A DNA stretch of 64,000 nucleotides from a bacterium. GTDB taxonomy: Bacteria > Desulfobacterota > DSWW01. Below the pieces are notes generated by a model that saw only the letters and a program-made list of their open reading frames with translations, made no database searches and had not been told where the DNA came from. This document shows, one piece after another, positions 8,602-18,826 of the stretch (position 1 is its first letter; every line of letters begins with the position of its first letter). The DNA is taken from assembly GCA_028277985.1 (NCBI GenBank), contig JANQFG010000265.1, positions 6,832 to 70,831 on the forward strand. The letters are read 5' to 3'. The translations under genes were made by a program, and so were the position numbers.

Positions 8602-10302
8602 ATGAAGTTCTTGACCAGCCAGATCCTGTCTCTCGTCTCGCGGGGCGAGGCGCGACGTAACGCCCAGACCCTGGCGAAGTACATGCTTCTGCTGCTCGGC
8701 ACCATCTCCCTCTACGCCACCGGGTTCCGCTTCGTCATGCGCTACGCCGAGGGCCAGGAGCACTCCTGGGTCACCGGATTCTACTGGACCCTGACGGTGA
8801 TGACCACCCTGGGCTTCGGCGACATAACGTTCCACACCGACATCGGACGGCTGTTCAGCATCTTGGTGCTCCTGACCGGGGTGGTCCTCCTCCTCATCAT
8901 GCTCCCCTTTGTCTTCATCCGTTTCTTCTACGCACCCTGGCTCGAGGCGCGCACGCGTCTTCAGGCGCCCCGTAGCGTCCCTCCTGGAACCCGCGACCAC
9001 GTGATCCTGTGCAGCCTCGACAGCATGGCCACGGCCCTCATGACCCGGCTCAAGCTCCAGGGGATCCCCCACTACCTCATTGAGCCCGACCCGGTACGTG
9101 CGTCCCAACTCCATTTGGACGGCCTTCCGGTGCTGGTCGGTACGGTGGAGAACCTGACCACCTACGAGGCGCTCCAGGCGGAACATGCACGTATGGTGGT
9201 CGCCAACTGCGGGGACACGATCAACACGAACATCACGCTAACACTCCGGGAATTGACCCCGGACGTACCCATCGCCTCTGTGGCGGAAAACGAGGAATCC
9301 GAGGACCTCCTGGAACTCAGTGGAAGCACCCACGTGATGCCCCTCAAGCGACGCCTTGGGGACCACCTGGCCAACCGGATCAACGCCGGTCACCTCCAGG
9401 GCAACGTCATCGGCAGGTTGGGCGATCTCTTCATTTCCGAGTTCCCGATTCACAATACTCCCCTGGCAGGACGGACCCTCCGGGAGGCGCACATGCGCCA
9501 AAACTTCGGGCTCAACGTGTTGGCCGTGTGGCAGCGCGGCCGTCTCGCTCCGGCGACCCCGGACACCCTGCTGGAGGACAGCAGCGTGCCGGTCGTGATG
9601 GGCACCGGCGAGAAGATGGAAGAACTGAACACCTACCTGGTCATCTACAACACCAACTTCAACCCGGTCCTGGTCATCGGCGGAGGCAAGGTGGGGTGCG
9701 CTTCCATCAGAGCCCTCAAGTCCCGGGGCGTAGAGGTACATTTGATCGAGCGCGACGAGGCCCTGCGCGGCCGCCTAGAAGGCGTTGCGGACCGCCTCTT
9801 CATCGGCGACGCCGCAGACCGAGACCTGATCATGGGTGCGGGACTGGACAAGACACCCACCGTGCTTCTGACCACCAACGACGACGCCATGAACATCTAC
9901 CTGACGGTGTACTGCCGACGCCTGAATCCGGGCCTGCGCATCGTCAGCCGCATCACCCACGAACGGAACATCGAGGCCATTCACAGGGCCGGGGCGGACT
10001 TCGTTCTGAGCTACGCCTCACTGGGCGCCGGTGCGGTGCTCTCTCTCCTCCAGGGCCGGGAGTCGGTAATCCTTGGAGAGGGATTCGACCTCTTCTACTA
10101 CCCCCTGCCCGCGAGTCTCGAGGGCCGGACGCTGGCCCAGAGCGAGATTCGCGTCCGGAGCGGGCTCAATGTGGTGGCCGTCCGCTCCCCGGACGGTGAG
10201 GTCGCCGCAGCCGCGGCCGGCACGATTCTGGAGCCCGGGAGCGAACTGGTATTGCTGGGAAGCGAGACCCAGTTCCGGACCTTCACCGCGACGTTCCGAT
10301 GA
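8602..10302 (+). CDS. Potassium channel with two RCK (TrkA-N/TrkA-C) modules
   Basis: Two TM helices flank the selectivity filter TTLGFGD. Two Rossmann-like RCK units follow (VILCSLDSM..., VLVIGGGKVGCA...). Confidence 0.85.
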   Translation: MKFLTSQILSLVSRGEARRNAQTLAKYMLLLLGTISLYATGFRFVMRYAEGQEHSWVTGFYWTLTVMTTLGFGDITFHTDIGRLFSILVLLTGVVLLLIMLPFVFIRFFYAPWLEARTRLQAPRSVPPGTRDHVILCSLDSMATALMTRLKLQGIPHYLIEPDPVRASQLHLDGLPVLVGTVENLTTYEALQAEHARMVVANCGDTINTNITLTLRELTPDVPIASVAENEESEDLLELSGSTHVMPLKRRLGDHLANRINAGHLQGNVIGRLGDLFISEFPIHNTPLAGRTLREAHMRQNFGLNVLAVWQRGRLAPATPDTLLEDSSVPVVMGTGEKMEELNTYLVIYNTNFNPVLVIGGGKVGCASIRALKSRGVEVHLIERDEALRGRLEGVADRLFIGDAADRDLIMGAGLDKTPTVLLTTNDDAMNIYLTVYCRRLNPGLRIVSRITHERNIEAIHRAGADFVLSYASLGAGAVLSLLQGRESVILGEGFDLFYYPLPASLEGRTLAQSEIRVRSGLNVVAVRSPDGEVAAAAAGTILEPGSELVLLGSETQFRTFTATFR

Positions 10303-10381
10303 ACTCAGATAGTCAAGACCCGGGCCCCCGCACAATCGATCGCAGAGAGGGCCTCCTCAAGCGGGATTTGATGCAGATCCG

Positions 10382-10906
10382 TCATTCGAGCTCTGATCGC
10401 AGCTTGTCACACACGAACTGAAAGACATCGACGATCCTGAGGATTCCTACGGGGTCGCGTCCTCGCATGACAATGAGGGACAGGAAACGGTTGTCGAGGA
10501 GCCGAGAAACAGCTTCATCCAAGCTAGCGTCTTCGCCGATATACTCGCCTATGTTGAGAGCTCTTATAATGTCTTTGGCTCTCAGGTTTTGAGCTTTGGA
10601 TGCGAGATGCGCCAGTGGCCCTGCCCAGGCGTCGTAACGCTCAACCATGGCGAGAGGATCTACCCTTTTCATTGATTGGGGTTTGAGGGCCAGCAGAACG
10701 TCCCAAGCTGCAAGTCTGCCGACCACCCGCCCATCCTTGTCAAAGACGAGCACCGCAAAGTCACGTGCTTCTTCGGGATCCGCTTTTTCGCGCCCTTTGA
10801 GAGCCCCTTCGAGGGCCAAGAAGACCTCCTCGAGCGTCGCTTCTTCCGAAACACTGGTGTATTTCTCGAGCGGAAGCATGATGTCTTTGACTTTGAGATT
10901 GCTCAT
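10382..10906 (-). CDS. CBS domain-containing protein
   Basis: 174 aa with paired CBS-like repeats (VKDIMLPLEKY...; AKDIIRALNIGEYIGEDASLDEAVSRLLDNRFLSLIVM). Confidence 0.65.
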   Translation of the reverse strand: MSNLKVKDIMLPLEKYTSVSEEATLEEVFLALEGALKGREKADPEEARDFAVLVFDKDGRVVGRLAAWDVLLALKPQSMKRVDPLAMVERYDAWAGPLAHLASKAQNLRAKDIIRALNIGEYIGEDASLDEAVSRLLDNRFLSLIVMRGRDPVGILRIVDVFQFVCDKLRSELE

Positions 10907-10934
10907 GGTCCGTTCAACCTTGGGCGCGCACGCC

Positions 10935-12515
10935 TCACAAGAAATGCCCTGCTACCCCCGCGATGACTCCATACAGAATCATCGGCAGTATCGTTCTCTT
11001 CAGAATGAATCCTTCCTGATTCGCAATGCCCAGAATAGAGCAAACGGCAACAATATTGTTTATGCATACCATGTTTCCCAGGGCCCCGCCAACGGACTGC
11101 AGGGTCAGGACGACGATTCGATCGAGTGCAAGGTCTGTCGCAATGGAGTACTGGATGCCGCCGAAGGTCAGATTCGAAATCGTCGCCGAGCCTGAAAAGA
11201 AAGAGCCAAGCGCTCCGAGGAAAGAGGCAACGTATACCCAGGAGTTGCCCGCCACACCAGCGAAGCCGTGCCCGATAGTGAGCACCATGGAGCGATCTCC
11301 ACCTACCATCAGGAGCTTCACCATCACCAATGCGCCGAGTAGGGCGATGATTGTGTAGACCATGCGCGTATAGGATTCTGATGTGATGCGTATCATGACA
11401 GGTGTTTTCAGTCGGTACACAACGAAGGACAGCCCCGAGACAAGAAAGAAAGGGATGAATGCGGGAACATAGAGGGCTTGGAACACCCAGGTGCTTTGTG
11501 CCTGAAAGATATCTTTGAGAACCAGAACAAGTGAGAGGCTCGCGGTGAAGTTCCCCAGGGAGCCCAAGCCGATTTCCATGGCGGGCGTAGCGTCATTGAG
11601 AAAGCTTTTGATCCCCAGTTGTTCGATCCGCGTAACGAGAAGCACCAGGACGGTTGCCCACAGGGGAAAGAGTGCCCTGATCAACTGACCATAAGAGGTG
11701 CGTGCCGCGCTCTCGCGTCTTTCGCTGCTCGAGGAGAGCCCGATCCCTGAGCGTGCCAGAGCAACTGAAATCAGAAAGCCGATCATTCCCGCAAGAAGCG
11801 CAGGGAACTCGTAGTTGTAACGCGCCACGAGCACATAAGGGGCGACACAGCTCAGGATAGAGAGGTAAACGAATACCAGATTCGACCGGAGCTCTCGCCA
11901 ATCGACCACAGCCAACAAGGCAATGACCGGGATAACGAGCGCAGCAAAGGCATGGACCACGGCAGAGTTGAAACCGATCCGCAACATCTCGGCTTCGCTG
12001 AGACCCAGCTGCCCCATCCCAAACCAGGTTGGTGTGCCGACGGCACCGAATGAGACCGGGACAGAGTTCATGATGAGTGCGAGCACCGCTACCCGTACGG
12101 CGGGGAAACCCAAACCGACCAGGATCGGCGCGGCAAGAGCCGCAGGCGTTCCAAAACCGCTTGCTCCTTCAATCATGAAGGAGAAGGCCCAGCCAATGAT
12201 CATGAGCTGTGCAATCCGATTGCTGCTGACACCATTGAGCCAGTCCCGGACAATCGTCATGGCCCCGGAATGTTCCATGGTCTTGAACATGAAGATGGCG
12301 CCCCAGATGATAAGAATGGGCGTCAAGGCGGTGAGCAGTCCGTTCAGAACCGTTGCGTTGATCAGGTTGGCATTATCGCCGAAGTACACGAGCTTTATGA
12401 GGTAAACAAGCACTGCAACGGCTGGAAGCGCGATGTGGGACGGTGTTCCGTTCTTCTTGGTCATCAAGAAGATGAGAATGGCAATCGGAGCAATGGAGAC
12501 GAGAAGGTCGGCCAT
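10935..12515 (-). CDS. L-lactate/glycolate permease family (LctP) transporter
   Basis: 526-aa polytopic membrane protein whose N-terminus and length are typical of the LctP family. Confidence 0.7.
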   Translation of the reverse strand: MADLLVSIAPIAILIFLMTKKNGTPSHIALPAVAVLVYLIKLVYFGDNANLINATVLNGLLTALTPILIIWGAIFMFKTMEHSGAMTIVRDWLNGVSSNRIAQLMIIGWAFSFMIEGASGFGTPAALAAPILVGLGFPAVRVAVLALIMNSVPVSFGAVGTPTWFGMGQLGLSEAEMLRIGFNSAVVHAFAALVIPVIALLAVVDWRELRSNLVFVYLSILSCVAPYVLVARYNYEFPALLAGMIGFLISVALARSGIGLSSSSERRESAARTSYGQLIRALFPLWATVLVLLVTRIEQLGIKSFLNDATPAMEIGLGSLGNFTASLSLVLVLKDIFQAQSTWVFQALYVPAFIPFFLVSGLSFVVYRLKTPVMIRITSESYTRMVYTIIALLGALVMVKLLMVGGDRSMVLTIGHGFAGVAGNSWVYVASFLGALGSFFSGSATISNLTFGGIQYSIATDLALDRIVVLTLQSVGGALGNMVCINNIVAVCSILGIANQEGFILKRTILPMILYGVIAGVAGHFL

Positions 12516-12824
12516 GACGGTGATTTATGCCTCAGCTTTCGGAAGAGCGGCGTAGATCCTGTTCAACGTCTGCCCTGATGGCTGTCTAGAGATGGGACGA
12601 GCAGAGAGGCAACTAAGACCTTGGATGAAGCTGTTGGCCGAGAAGTTCCAATGGTTTCCCATGTCCGGCTTCCTCGGCGCAACCGTCCTGAGTGTGCTCG
12701 GATGAAATCTCGGGCTTTTCGTCAGCAGGTTGAATTTGCAGGGATATCAACTATCATCGTAGAGGCTTGCATCGTGGAGTGCTCGTCCCAGGCCGTGAGG
12801 TTGGGCAAACAGGAGGTATCGGTC

Positions 12825-14273
12825 ATGAAGAAAGTCATTGTCATTGGAACCGGCGTCGGCGGAGCCGCGGTCTCCGCGCTTCTTGCTCAGAAGGGTTTCT
12901 CGGTGACTGTCTTCGAAAGGAGCGACTTTGAAGGGGGAAAGGCCGCGAGCTATGAGAGGGACGGGTTCGTCTGCGACATGGGGGTGCACTTCACGGCACG
13001 GGGGTCAAACGGCCCCCTGGGGGAAGTAGCGCGCCTCGTGGATGCGGACCTAAGGTTCTGCGAACCGGACCCGGTCATGCGGATCGTGACGCCGTCCCGG
13101 AGCTACGATTTCTCCCCGCACCTTCTCAGGCCTCTCTCCCTCGTCAAGCAGGCGCTTATTGCGGGTGTGAAGGCGTGGAACCTCCCCGGTGCGCTCCGGT
13201 TGTTCCGGCAGATTGTCAACATCAGCCGGGAACGGGACGCGACTGTCCACGACTCGGTTTCCATGCGGGACTTTCTTCTCCGGTACACGGGCGACGAGGG
13301 TATCCACCGACTCGTGAACATCTTCTCCGGGCTCATGTTCGTCATTCCCCTTGAGGACGCCTCGGCTGGTGAGTACCTCTGGTCCTTTGTGGGTATGGCC
13401 AGAACCGGGTCCCTGGGGTACCCAATCGGCGGCTTCGGCCAGATCGCAAGATCGTACCTGCGGGCCTGCGAACGCAACGGCGGTGAGGTTCATTTGAAGG
13501 AGGGCGCCCGATCGATCCGGGTGGAGAATGGAAAGGTTGTGGGGGTCGAGACCGAGAAGGGGTTCTACGAAGCGGACCTGGTGGTGAGCAACGTTGGGAT
13601 CCGGAAGACGATCGCCATGGCTGGGGAGGATTGTTTTCCCGCGTCCTACACGGCGGACGCAAAGAAACTCAGGGATTCCCTCGGGGCCGTAACCGTCAAG
13701 TATGCACTGGATCGCCGGCCTTTCGATATCCCCATTCTCGTATACATGCCTGAGGACATGGACTGGAGCCGGAACATGGAGATGATGTCAAGGGGCGAGG
13801 CACCGGAGGATATCCCGATCTTCCTTCCTTGCCCTACCAACTGCGACCCTTCACTGGCACCCCCGGGCAAGCACGTTCTTCTGGCCGGTACAGCGGTCCC
13901 GGCAGACCTGTCGGCCTCGGACATGGCCGACACGATCCTGGACCGGATGGAACGGAGAATCCCCAAGCTACTTCCGGGAATCGAGAAACACATCCTCTGG
14001 AAGCACCGCACGAACCTCTCCTACATCGACGGGATGGGAGGCCGCGGAGCGGGTGAGGTGATTGGCCTTGCCCAGTCGTACGACCAGGTGGGGGAGAACA
14101 AGCCGGACCCGCGCACGCCGGTGGAGGGGCTCTACCTGGTAGGCTGCGACGCGGGGGGACGCGGCATCGGCACCGAACAGGCCGCCGACAGCGCACTCAA
14201 GGTAAGAGAGATGATCCTGTCGGAAACGCAGACCCCTGAAATGGTCGTGGCAGAAGCGCAGGTCCCCCGGTAA
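12825..14273 (+). CDS. CrtI/phytoene-desaturase-family NAD(P)/FAD-dependent oxidoreductase
   Basis: Start trimmed to ATG 12825 (SD AGGAGG). Reads MKKVIVIGTGVGGAAVSALLAQKGFSVTVFERSDFEGGKA, with C-terminal LYLVGCDAGGRGIGTEQAADSA. Confidence 0.8.
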   Translation: MKKVIVIGTGVGGAAVSALLAQKGFSVTVFERSDFEGGKAASYERDGFVCDMGVHFTARGSNGPLGEVARLVDADLRFCEPDPVMRIVTPSRSYDFSPHLLRPLSLVKQALIAGVKAWNLPGALRLFRQIVNISRERDATVHDSVSMRDFLLRYTGDEGIHRLVNIFSGLMFVIPLEDASAGEYLWSFVGMARTGSLGYPIGGFGQIARSYLRACERNGGEVHLKEGARSIRVENGKVVGVETEKGFYEADLVVSNVGIRKTIAMAGEDCFPASYTADAKKLRDSLGAVTVKYALDRRPFDIPILVYMPEDMDWSRNMEMMSRGEAPEDIPIFLPCPTNCDPSLAPPGKHVLLAGTAVPADLSASDMADTILDRMERRIPKLLPGIEKHILWKHRTNLSYIDGMGGRGAGEVIGLAQSYDQVGENKPDPRTPVEGLYLVGCDAGGRGIGTEQAADSALKVREMILSETQTPEMVVAEAQVPR

Positions 14274-14348
14274 CAGGGTGCCGAGATCGGCAACAAGCGT
14301 AGTTTCACCTAGCTGTGAGAGTGCGGAATCCTTGGTCCAACACGCGAG

Positions 14349-15554
14349 CTAATCGGCTGCCGGGATCCTGTAGCGGCGAAAGACGAGCCGGTGCAGCATG
14401 TTCTTGAGCACCGTGTCTCCCATGCCCTGGACCTCGAATTCGTTCCGAAGGAAGTCAGCGGTGTCCCGGATGGCCTTTGCCTTGTCGGCGAGGCTCAATC
14501 CATGAAGCATGCCGGGTTGCTTTGCCATGGATGAAGCGCTCGAAGCCTTCATCCGCAGAGGATTGAACTGGTCAAGGGCTGTTACCATTTCCGGTTTGAC
14601 GAGTTGCTTGTAGAGAGTCAGGGCATCGACACCCTTGTGGACAGCCTGGATCACGGCCTCCCCGGCATAGCCGCCGCTTGCGAGCGCACAGGAGATTCCT
14701 TCTCCGCCCTGGTGCATGAGCCCCATGGCATCCCCTACCATCAGCACGTTGCCACGGCCCGGGAAGAAGCGGTTCAGAGGGGTCATCGTGTTGGAGGGGC
14801 AGGCCTCCATGGCCAGTTCGCGTTTGATCTGGAGGCCGAGGTTCTTCTTGAGGAAATCGACAAAGAGCTGGAACCGGCTCTGGAAGTTGTGGCCCTTTAC
14901 CAGGGCCAGGCCGATGATGATCTGGTCGTCCTTCAGGTTCATCCACGGGAAAGGTCCCATGTTCCGGGTGAGGAACCAGTGCAGATAACGGTCGTCGGCG
15001 TCGATCTTCCCCTCGAAGTACTTCTGACATGCGTAGGCCCATGGCAGGCCCTGGTAGACATCTGGGGCAAAGGTGCGGATCACGCGGGAGTTGCCTCCGT
15101 CGGCACCGATGAGGTATCGGGCCCTGACCTTCGTGATCTTTTCGTTCCGTTTGAGATGGGCGACGACTTCCGCGCCGTCGTGTTCCAGGTGTAGAAACCT
15201 CGTACGGTCCCGAAGCACCGCCCCGGATGACTTGGCCAGGAAGTGATCGAACTTGTCTCTCCAGACGTAGAGGTTGTAGCAATCCACGTCCGTGTAGACC
15301 ATACCGACCGTTGGGAAGTAGAAACCCATTCCCCTCGAGATGTTCGGCCTGCTGAAGGCCTTCTCCGGTATGGGTCCGAAGTTCTCGAACACGTAATTCT
15401 GTGAAACGTTCGAGATAATCCCGGAACAGGCTTTTCTCCTGGGCAGTTTGTGCTTGTCGATCAAGAGGGTCTTCAAACCCCCGTCTACGCACTTCCTTGC
15501 TGTGGCCGAACCTCCGGGTCCTGCGCCTACAACGAGAACGTCGAACTTCTGCAT
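14349..15554 (-). CDS. Geranylgeranyl-reductase-family FAD-dependent oxidoreductase
   Basis: Contains MQKFDVLVVGAGPGGSATARKC...LLIDKHKLPRRKACSGIIS and ...VLMVGDAMGLMHQGGEGI. Confidence 0.75.
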   Translation of the reverse strand: MQKFDVLVVGAGPGGSATARKCVDGGLKTLLIDKHKLPRRKACSGIISNVSQNYVFENFGPIPEKAFSRPNISRGMGFYFPTVGMVYTDVDCYNLYVWRDKFDHFLAKSSGAVLRDRTRFLHLEHDGAEVVAHLKRNEKITKVRARYLIGADGGNSRVIRTFAPDVYQGLPWAYACQKYFEGKIDADDRYLHWFLTRNMGPFPWMNLKDDQIIIGLALVKGHNFQSRFQLFVDFLKKNLGLQIKRELAMEACPSNTMTPLNRFFPGRGNVLMVGDAMGLMHQGGEGISCALASGGYAGEAVIQAVHKGVDALTLYKQLVKPEMVTALDQFNPLRMKASSASSMAKQPGMLHGLSLADKAKAIRDTADFLRNEFEVQGMGDTVLKNMLHRLVFRRYRIPAAD

Positions 15555-15621
15555 GCTGCCTCCTTCAAGAGCTGTCGAGCATCGACTGGGTTCACGGAAC
15601 GGCGGAACAAGAAATTACTAT

Positions 15622-15646
15622 AATCGAATAATACATAATTCGAAAT
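15622..15646. promoter_or_regulatory. AT-rich direct repeat TAATCGAAT-N7-TAATTCGAAA (TAWTCGNAA boxes 16 bp apart)
   Basis: Read directly in the divergent intergenic region. Related boxes lie at 56011-56035, 59540-59564 and 1620-1641. Confidence 0.4.
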
Positions 15647-15735
15647 AAAAGATATGGATAGCAATGTCGGCCGCTTATGTCAAGGCATTTGTCGCACAGG
15701 GAGGCCGAAAGGAGGCTCCTGAGGCGCGTGACAAA

Positions 15736-15778
15736 AGGAAATTTCCTGTTGACAATTTTGCTACGAAATTGGTATTTT
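15736..15778 (+). promoter_or_regulatory. Sigma70-like promoter of the CrtI-GltD operon with abutting 12-bp perfect palindrome
   Basis: AGGAAATTTCCT (15736-15747) sits next to TTGACA (15749-15754), followed by a 17/18-nt spacer containing TACGAAATTGG and then TATTTT (15773-15778). An imperfect inverted repeat GATATTAG/CCAATATC lies at 15781-15804. Confidence 0.55.
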
Positions 15779-15844
15779 TTGATATTAGAAATTTTACCAA
15801 TATCGAAAGACAGGCGAGAACGCACCCATGCGGAGAGGGTGAGC

Positions 15845-18745
15845 GTGCGCATTCTGGAAGATGCGACCCTGCGGGATCGCTATCAAGTGGTCGTGGTCGG
15901 TTCGGGCATCGGGGGCCTGACGGCCGGGGCCCTGCTGGCCAAGAGGGGGCTCGAACCGCTCGTGATCGAGCAGCACTATCTGCCGGGTGGTGCCTGCACC
16001 ACCATGCGGCGCAGGGGCATAACCTTCGACGTGGGCGTGGGCATGATGTTCGGTTTCGGGGAAAGAGGGTTCAACCCCCATCGTTTCGTGATGAACGAGA
16101 TCGAGGAAGAAATCGATGTGATCCCCCACGAGTGCCTGTACCAGATGAAGATCATGGGGCGGGACCTCACCTTCTGGCGGGATTTCGAACGGTACTTTTC
16201 GGAGTTGGCGGCCCTGTTCCCCCAACAGGAGAAGGAGTTGCGGGATCTGTACGACTACTTCTACGAGCTGTACGAAGAGATGATCCTCAAGAATGAAGTG
16301 GTCGTGCCCCCAACGGAAATACCGGTGAGGGAGAGCCTCAAGAGCTTCCTGAAGAACCCCCTGGGCATGGTTCGGATCATCCCCCTCATGTTCAAGAACA
16401 CGGAAAGCCTCGTCAAGAGATTCATCACGGATCCGGACGTCATCGCCTTCTTCAACATGCTCACCTGTACCTACTGCTACTGCGACGCCAGAGAGACCCC
16501 GGCGATGCTTTCCGGCGCCCTGTTCTGCGACAACCACGAGGGGGGAGCCTTCTATCCGGCCGGTTCGCCCCAGATGCTCTCGAACAAGCTGGAGAGGGCC
16601 ATTGAGAAGCACGGCGGCCGGGTGCTCTATCGCCGCCTGGTGGATGAGATCCTGATCGAGAGCGGAGAAGCCTACGGGGTGAGGCTCGACGACGGCACCG
16701 AGATCCTGGCCGACCGGGTAGTGGCGAACGCCACGATCTGGAATCTGTACGGAAAACTGGTGAAGCCGCGACACATCGAACCGGAACGAATGGCCTGGGC
16801 TCAGGGCTTCGTACCGACCTTCGGAAGCCTTGTCCTGTATCTGGGAGTGGATGCGGAAGCGGTCCCGGAGGGGACTCCGCCGATCCTGATGTTCGTCGAA
16901 GATATGTACAATATCACGGGGAATGACATTACCGTCTACATATCCTCGGTCGACGATCCAACCTTGTGCGCACCCGGCATGCATTCGATCACCGTTGTCC
17001 AGCCCTCCATGGTCGAATGGCCTCGCCCCTCTGACCCGGAATACGCGTCAGAGAAGTATCAACGCTTGAAACGTGAAGAGGCCGACAAGCTGCTCGATCA
17101 GGTGGAAGAGCATTTTCCGGCTCTACGGAAGCATATCCGGGTCATGGAGGTAGGCACGCCGACCACCATAGAGCGCTTCACCCTCAAGAACTGGGGAGCG
17201 GTCGGTGGGCCGAAGATGATGATGGGGCAGGACATGATGAAACGCCTCCATGCCCGCAGCGACTGGAAGAACCTCTACGTTTGTGGTGATTCCACGGTCA
17301 TGGGCATCGGAATCCCTGCTACGACCGTGTCGGGCGTGGGTGCCGCCAACAGGGTCCTGCGTGACTTGGGGCAAGAGGAATATGCTCCCCGCTCTTTTGT
17401 CCGGGAGTATATCCACTATGTGAAAGGACAACCCTGGACCCCGGCGCCGGACGCCTCGGCACCGATCACAGAGGATTCGGCCGGACGAATTGCCCGGGAA
17501 TGCCAGCATTGCGAAGAGCCTTCCTGCCGGAACGCCTGCCCGGCAGGCATCGAAACGAGCTATTTCGCGCGCCGTGTGGAAGCCGGCAACTTCGAGGGCG
17601 CGGCCCGTGCCCTGAGAGAGGTGAATCCCTTTTCCGAGGTCTGCGGTGTCATCTGTCCGGCCGAACGATTCTGTGAAAAGAGCTGCAGTCGTCTGGATTT
17701 CGATGAGAAGCCGGTAAGGATCAGAGATCTGCACGGCTGGGTCTGCAGTCACGTTTCAAGATCACGCGGATGGGACCGCTGGATTCCGGCACAGAAGAAC
17801 CTCAAGGTGGCGGTCGTCGGTGCCGGTCCCGCCGGCCTCACCTGTGCCCATTATCTGGCCCGGCTCGGCTATCGGGTGGATATGATGGACAAGGCATCGA
17901 AGCCCGGGGGGATGCTGAACCATGCGATCCCCGTCTTCCGACTGGGGGACGACGTCGTGGCGAGGGAAGTCGAGGGATTGACCATTCCCGGAATGAGGTT
18001 TCATGGCGGCAGGGCTCTGGGAGAAGACTTCACCGTTGAAGAACTGGAATCGGACTATCGTGCAGTGTTCCTGGCGCCGGGGTTGTGGTCCGGGCAGCAA
18101 CTGGACATACGGGGTGCAGACAAAGTCAATACGACGGATGCCCTGGATTTTCTGAAGAACTGTCGGACATCCGGAACAACAACGGTCGGGAAGAGGGTGC
18201 TGGTCATCGGGGGAGGCAGTGTGGCATCGGACGCGGCTCTGTCGGCCGGTCGTGTCGGCGCTGCAGAGGTTGCGTTGGTCTGCCTCGAGACCCGGGAAGA
18301 CATGCCCTGTCTCGAGAGTGAAGTGGATGAGATGAACCGCAGGGGAATCCGGATCGAAGACGGATGGGGCCCCCGGGAAATCCTCTCCGGATCGGAGATG
18401 TCCTTTGTCCGTTGCACTTCCGTGTTCGATGATCACGGGGGATTCGATCCCGTGTTCGACGAGTCCGAGGCGATGGAAATGGAATTCGACCAGGTGATTC
18501 TCGCGGTGGGTCAGCGCGTAGAGCCCGGCCTGGCCGGGTACCTGGAAGAGGCCTTTGGCCGGGGCGATCGGCTGGAGGTGGATCGGGAGTCCATGCAGGT
18601 GGTCGGCCGAAGCCGGGTATTTGCCGGTGGAGACATCGTTCGTGGCGCGGGCACCGTGGTGGAGGCGGTGGGGGACGGCAGGCGCGCGGCCATGGGAATT
18701 GACAGGCGGCTGGGCGGTAGCGAGACGCTACAGGTCACGGAGTGA
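15845..18745 (+). CDS. CrtI-like flavoenzyme fused to GltD-like 2x[4Fe-4S]/FAD/NAD(P)H module (paralog 1, 966 aa)
   Basis: GTG start at 15845 aligns exactly with the paralog N-termini (V/M-RILEDATLRDRYQVVVVGSGIGGLTAGALLAKRG), with SD GGAGAGGG upstream. The CrtI part ends at GDSTVMGIGIPATTVSGVGAAN. It is followed by CQHCEEPSCRNACPAG, NPFSEVCGVICPAERFCEKSC, VVGAGPAGLTCAHYL, VIGGGSVASDAA and VFAGGDIVRGAGTVVEAVGDGRRAA. Confidence 0.85.
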   Translation: MRILEDATLRDRYQVVVVGSGIGGLTAGALLAKRGLEPLVIEQHYLPGGACTTMRRRGITFDVGVGMMFGFGERGFNPHRFVMNEIEEEIDVIPHECLYQMKIMGRDLTFWRDFERYFSELAALFPQQEKELRDLYDYFYELYEEMILKNEVVVPPTEIPVRESLKSFLKNPLGMVRIIPLMFKNTESLVKRFITDPDVIAFFNMLTCTYCYCDARETPAMLSGALFCDNHEGGAFYPAGSPQMLSNKLERAIEKHGGRVLYRRLVDEILIESGEAYGVRLDDGTEILADRVVANATIWNLYGKLVKPRHIEPERMAWAQGFVPTFGSLVLYLGVDAEAVPEGTPPILMFVEDMYNITGNDITVYISSVDDPTLCAPGMHSITVVQPSMVEWPRPSDPEYASEKYQRLKREEADKLLDQVEEHFPALRKHIRVMEVGTPTTIERFTLKNWGAVGGPKMMMGQDMMKRLHARSDWKNLYVCGDSTVMGIGIPATTVSGVGAANRVLRDLGQEEYAPRSFVREYIHYVKGQPWTPAPDASAPITEDSAGRIARECQHCEEPSCRNACPAGIETSYFARRVEAGNFEGAARALREVNPFSEVCGVICPAERFCEKSCSRLDFDEKPVRIRDLHGWVCSHVSRSRGWDRWIPAQKNLKVAVVGAGPAGLTCAHYLARLGYRVDMMDKASKPGGMLNHAIPVFRLGDDVVAREVEGLTIPGMRFHGGRALGEDFTVEELESDYRAVFLAPGLWSGQQLDIRGADKVNTTDALDFLKNCRTSGTTTVGKRVLVIGGGSVASDAALSAGRVGAAEVALVCLETREDMPCLESEVDEMNRRGIRIEDGWGPREILSGSEMSFVRCTSVFDDHGGFDPVFDESEAMEMEFDQVILAVGQRVEPGLAGYLEEAFGRGDRLEVDRESMQVVGRSRVFAGGDIVRGAGTVVEAVGDGRRAAMGIDRRLGGSETLQVTE

Positions 18746-18806
18746 GGGGAGGGATGAGGGGGCAGGCCCTGGTACGCCATCTCCCATTGTCCTCGTCCCC
18801 GATTTC

Positions 18807-18826
18807 GGGCACAGGCACGGGCACGG
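18807..18826. repeat. Hexamer micro-repeat (GGCACR)3
   Basis: GGGCACAGGCACGGGCACGG lies 23 nt upstream of start 18849. The same family occurs at 37831, 38736 and, inverted, at 46676. Confidence 0.6.
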
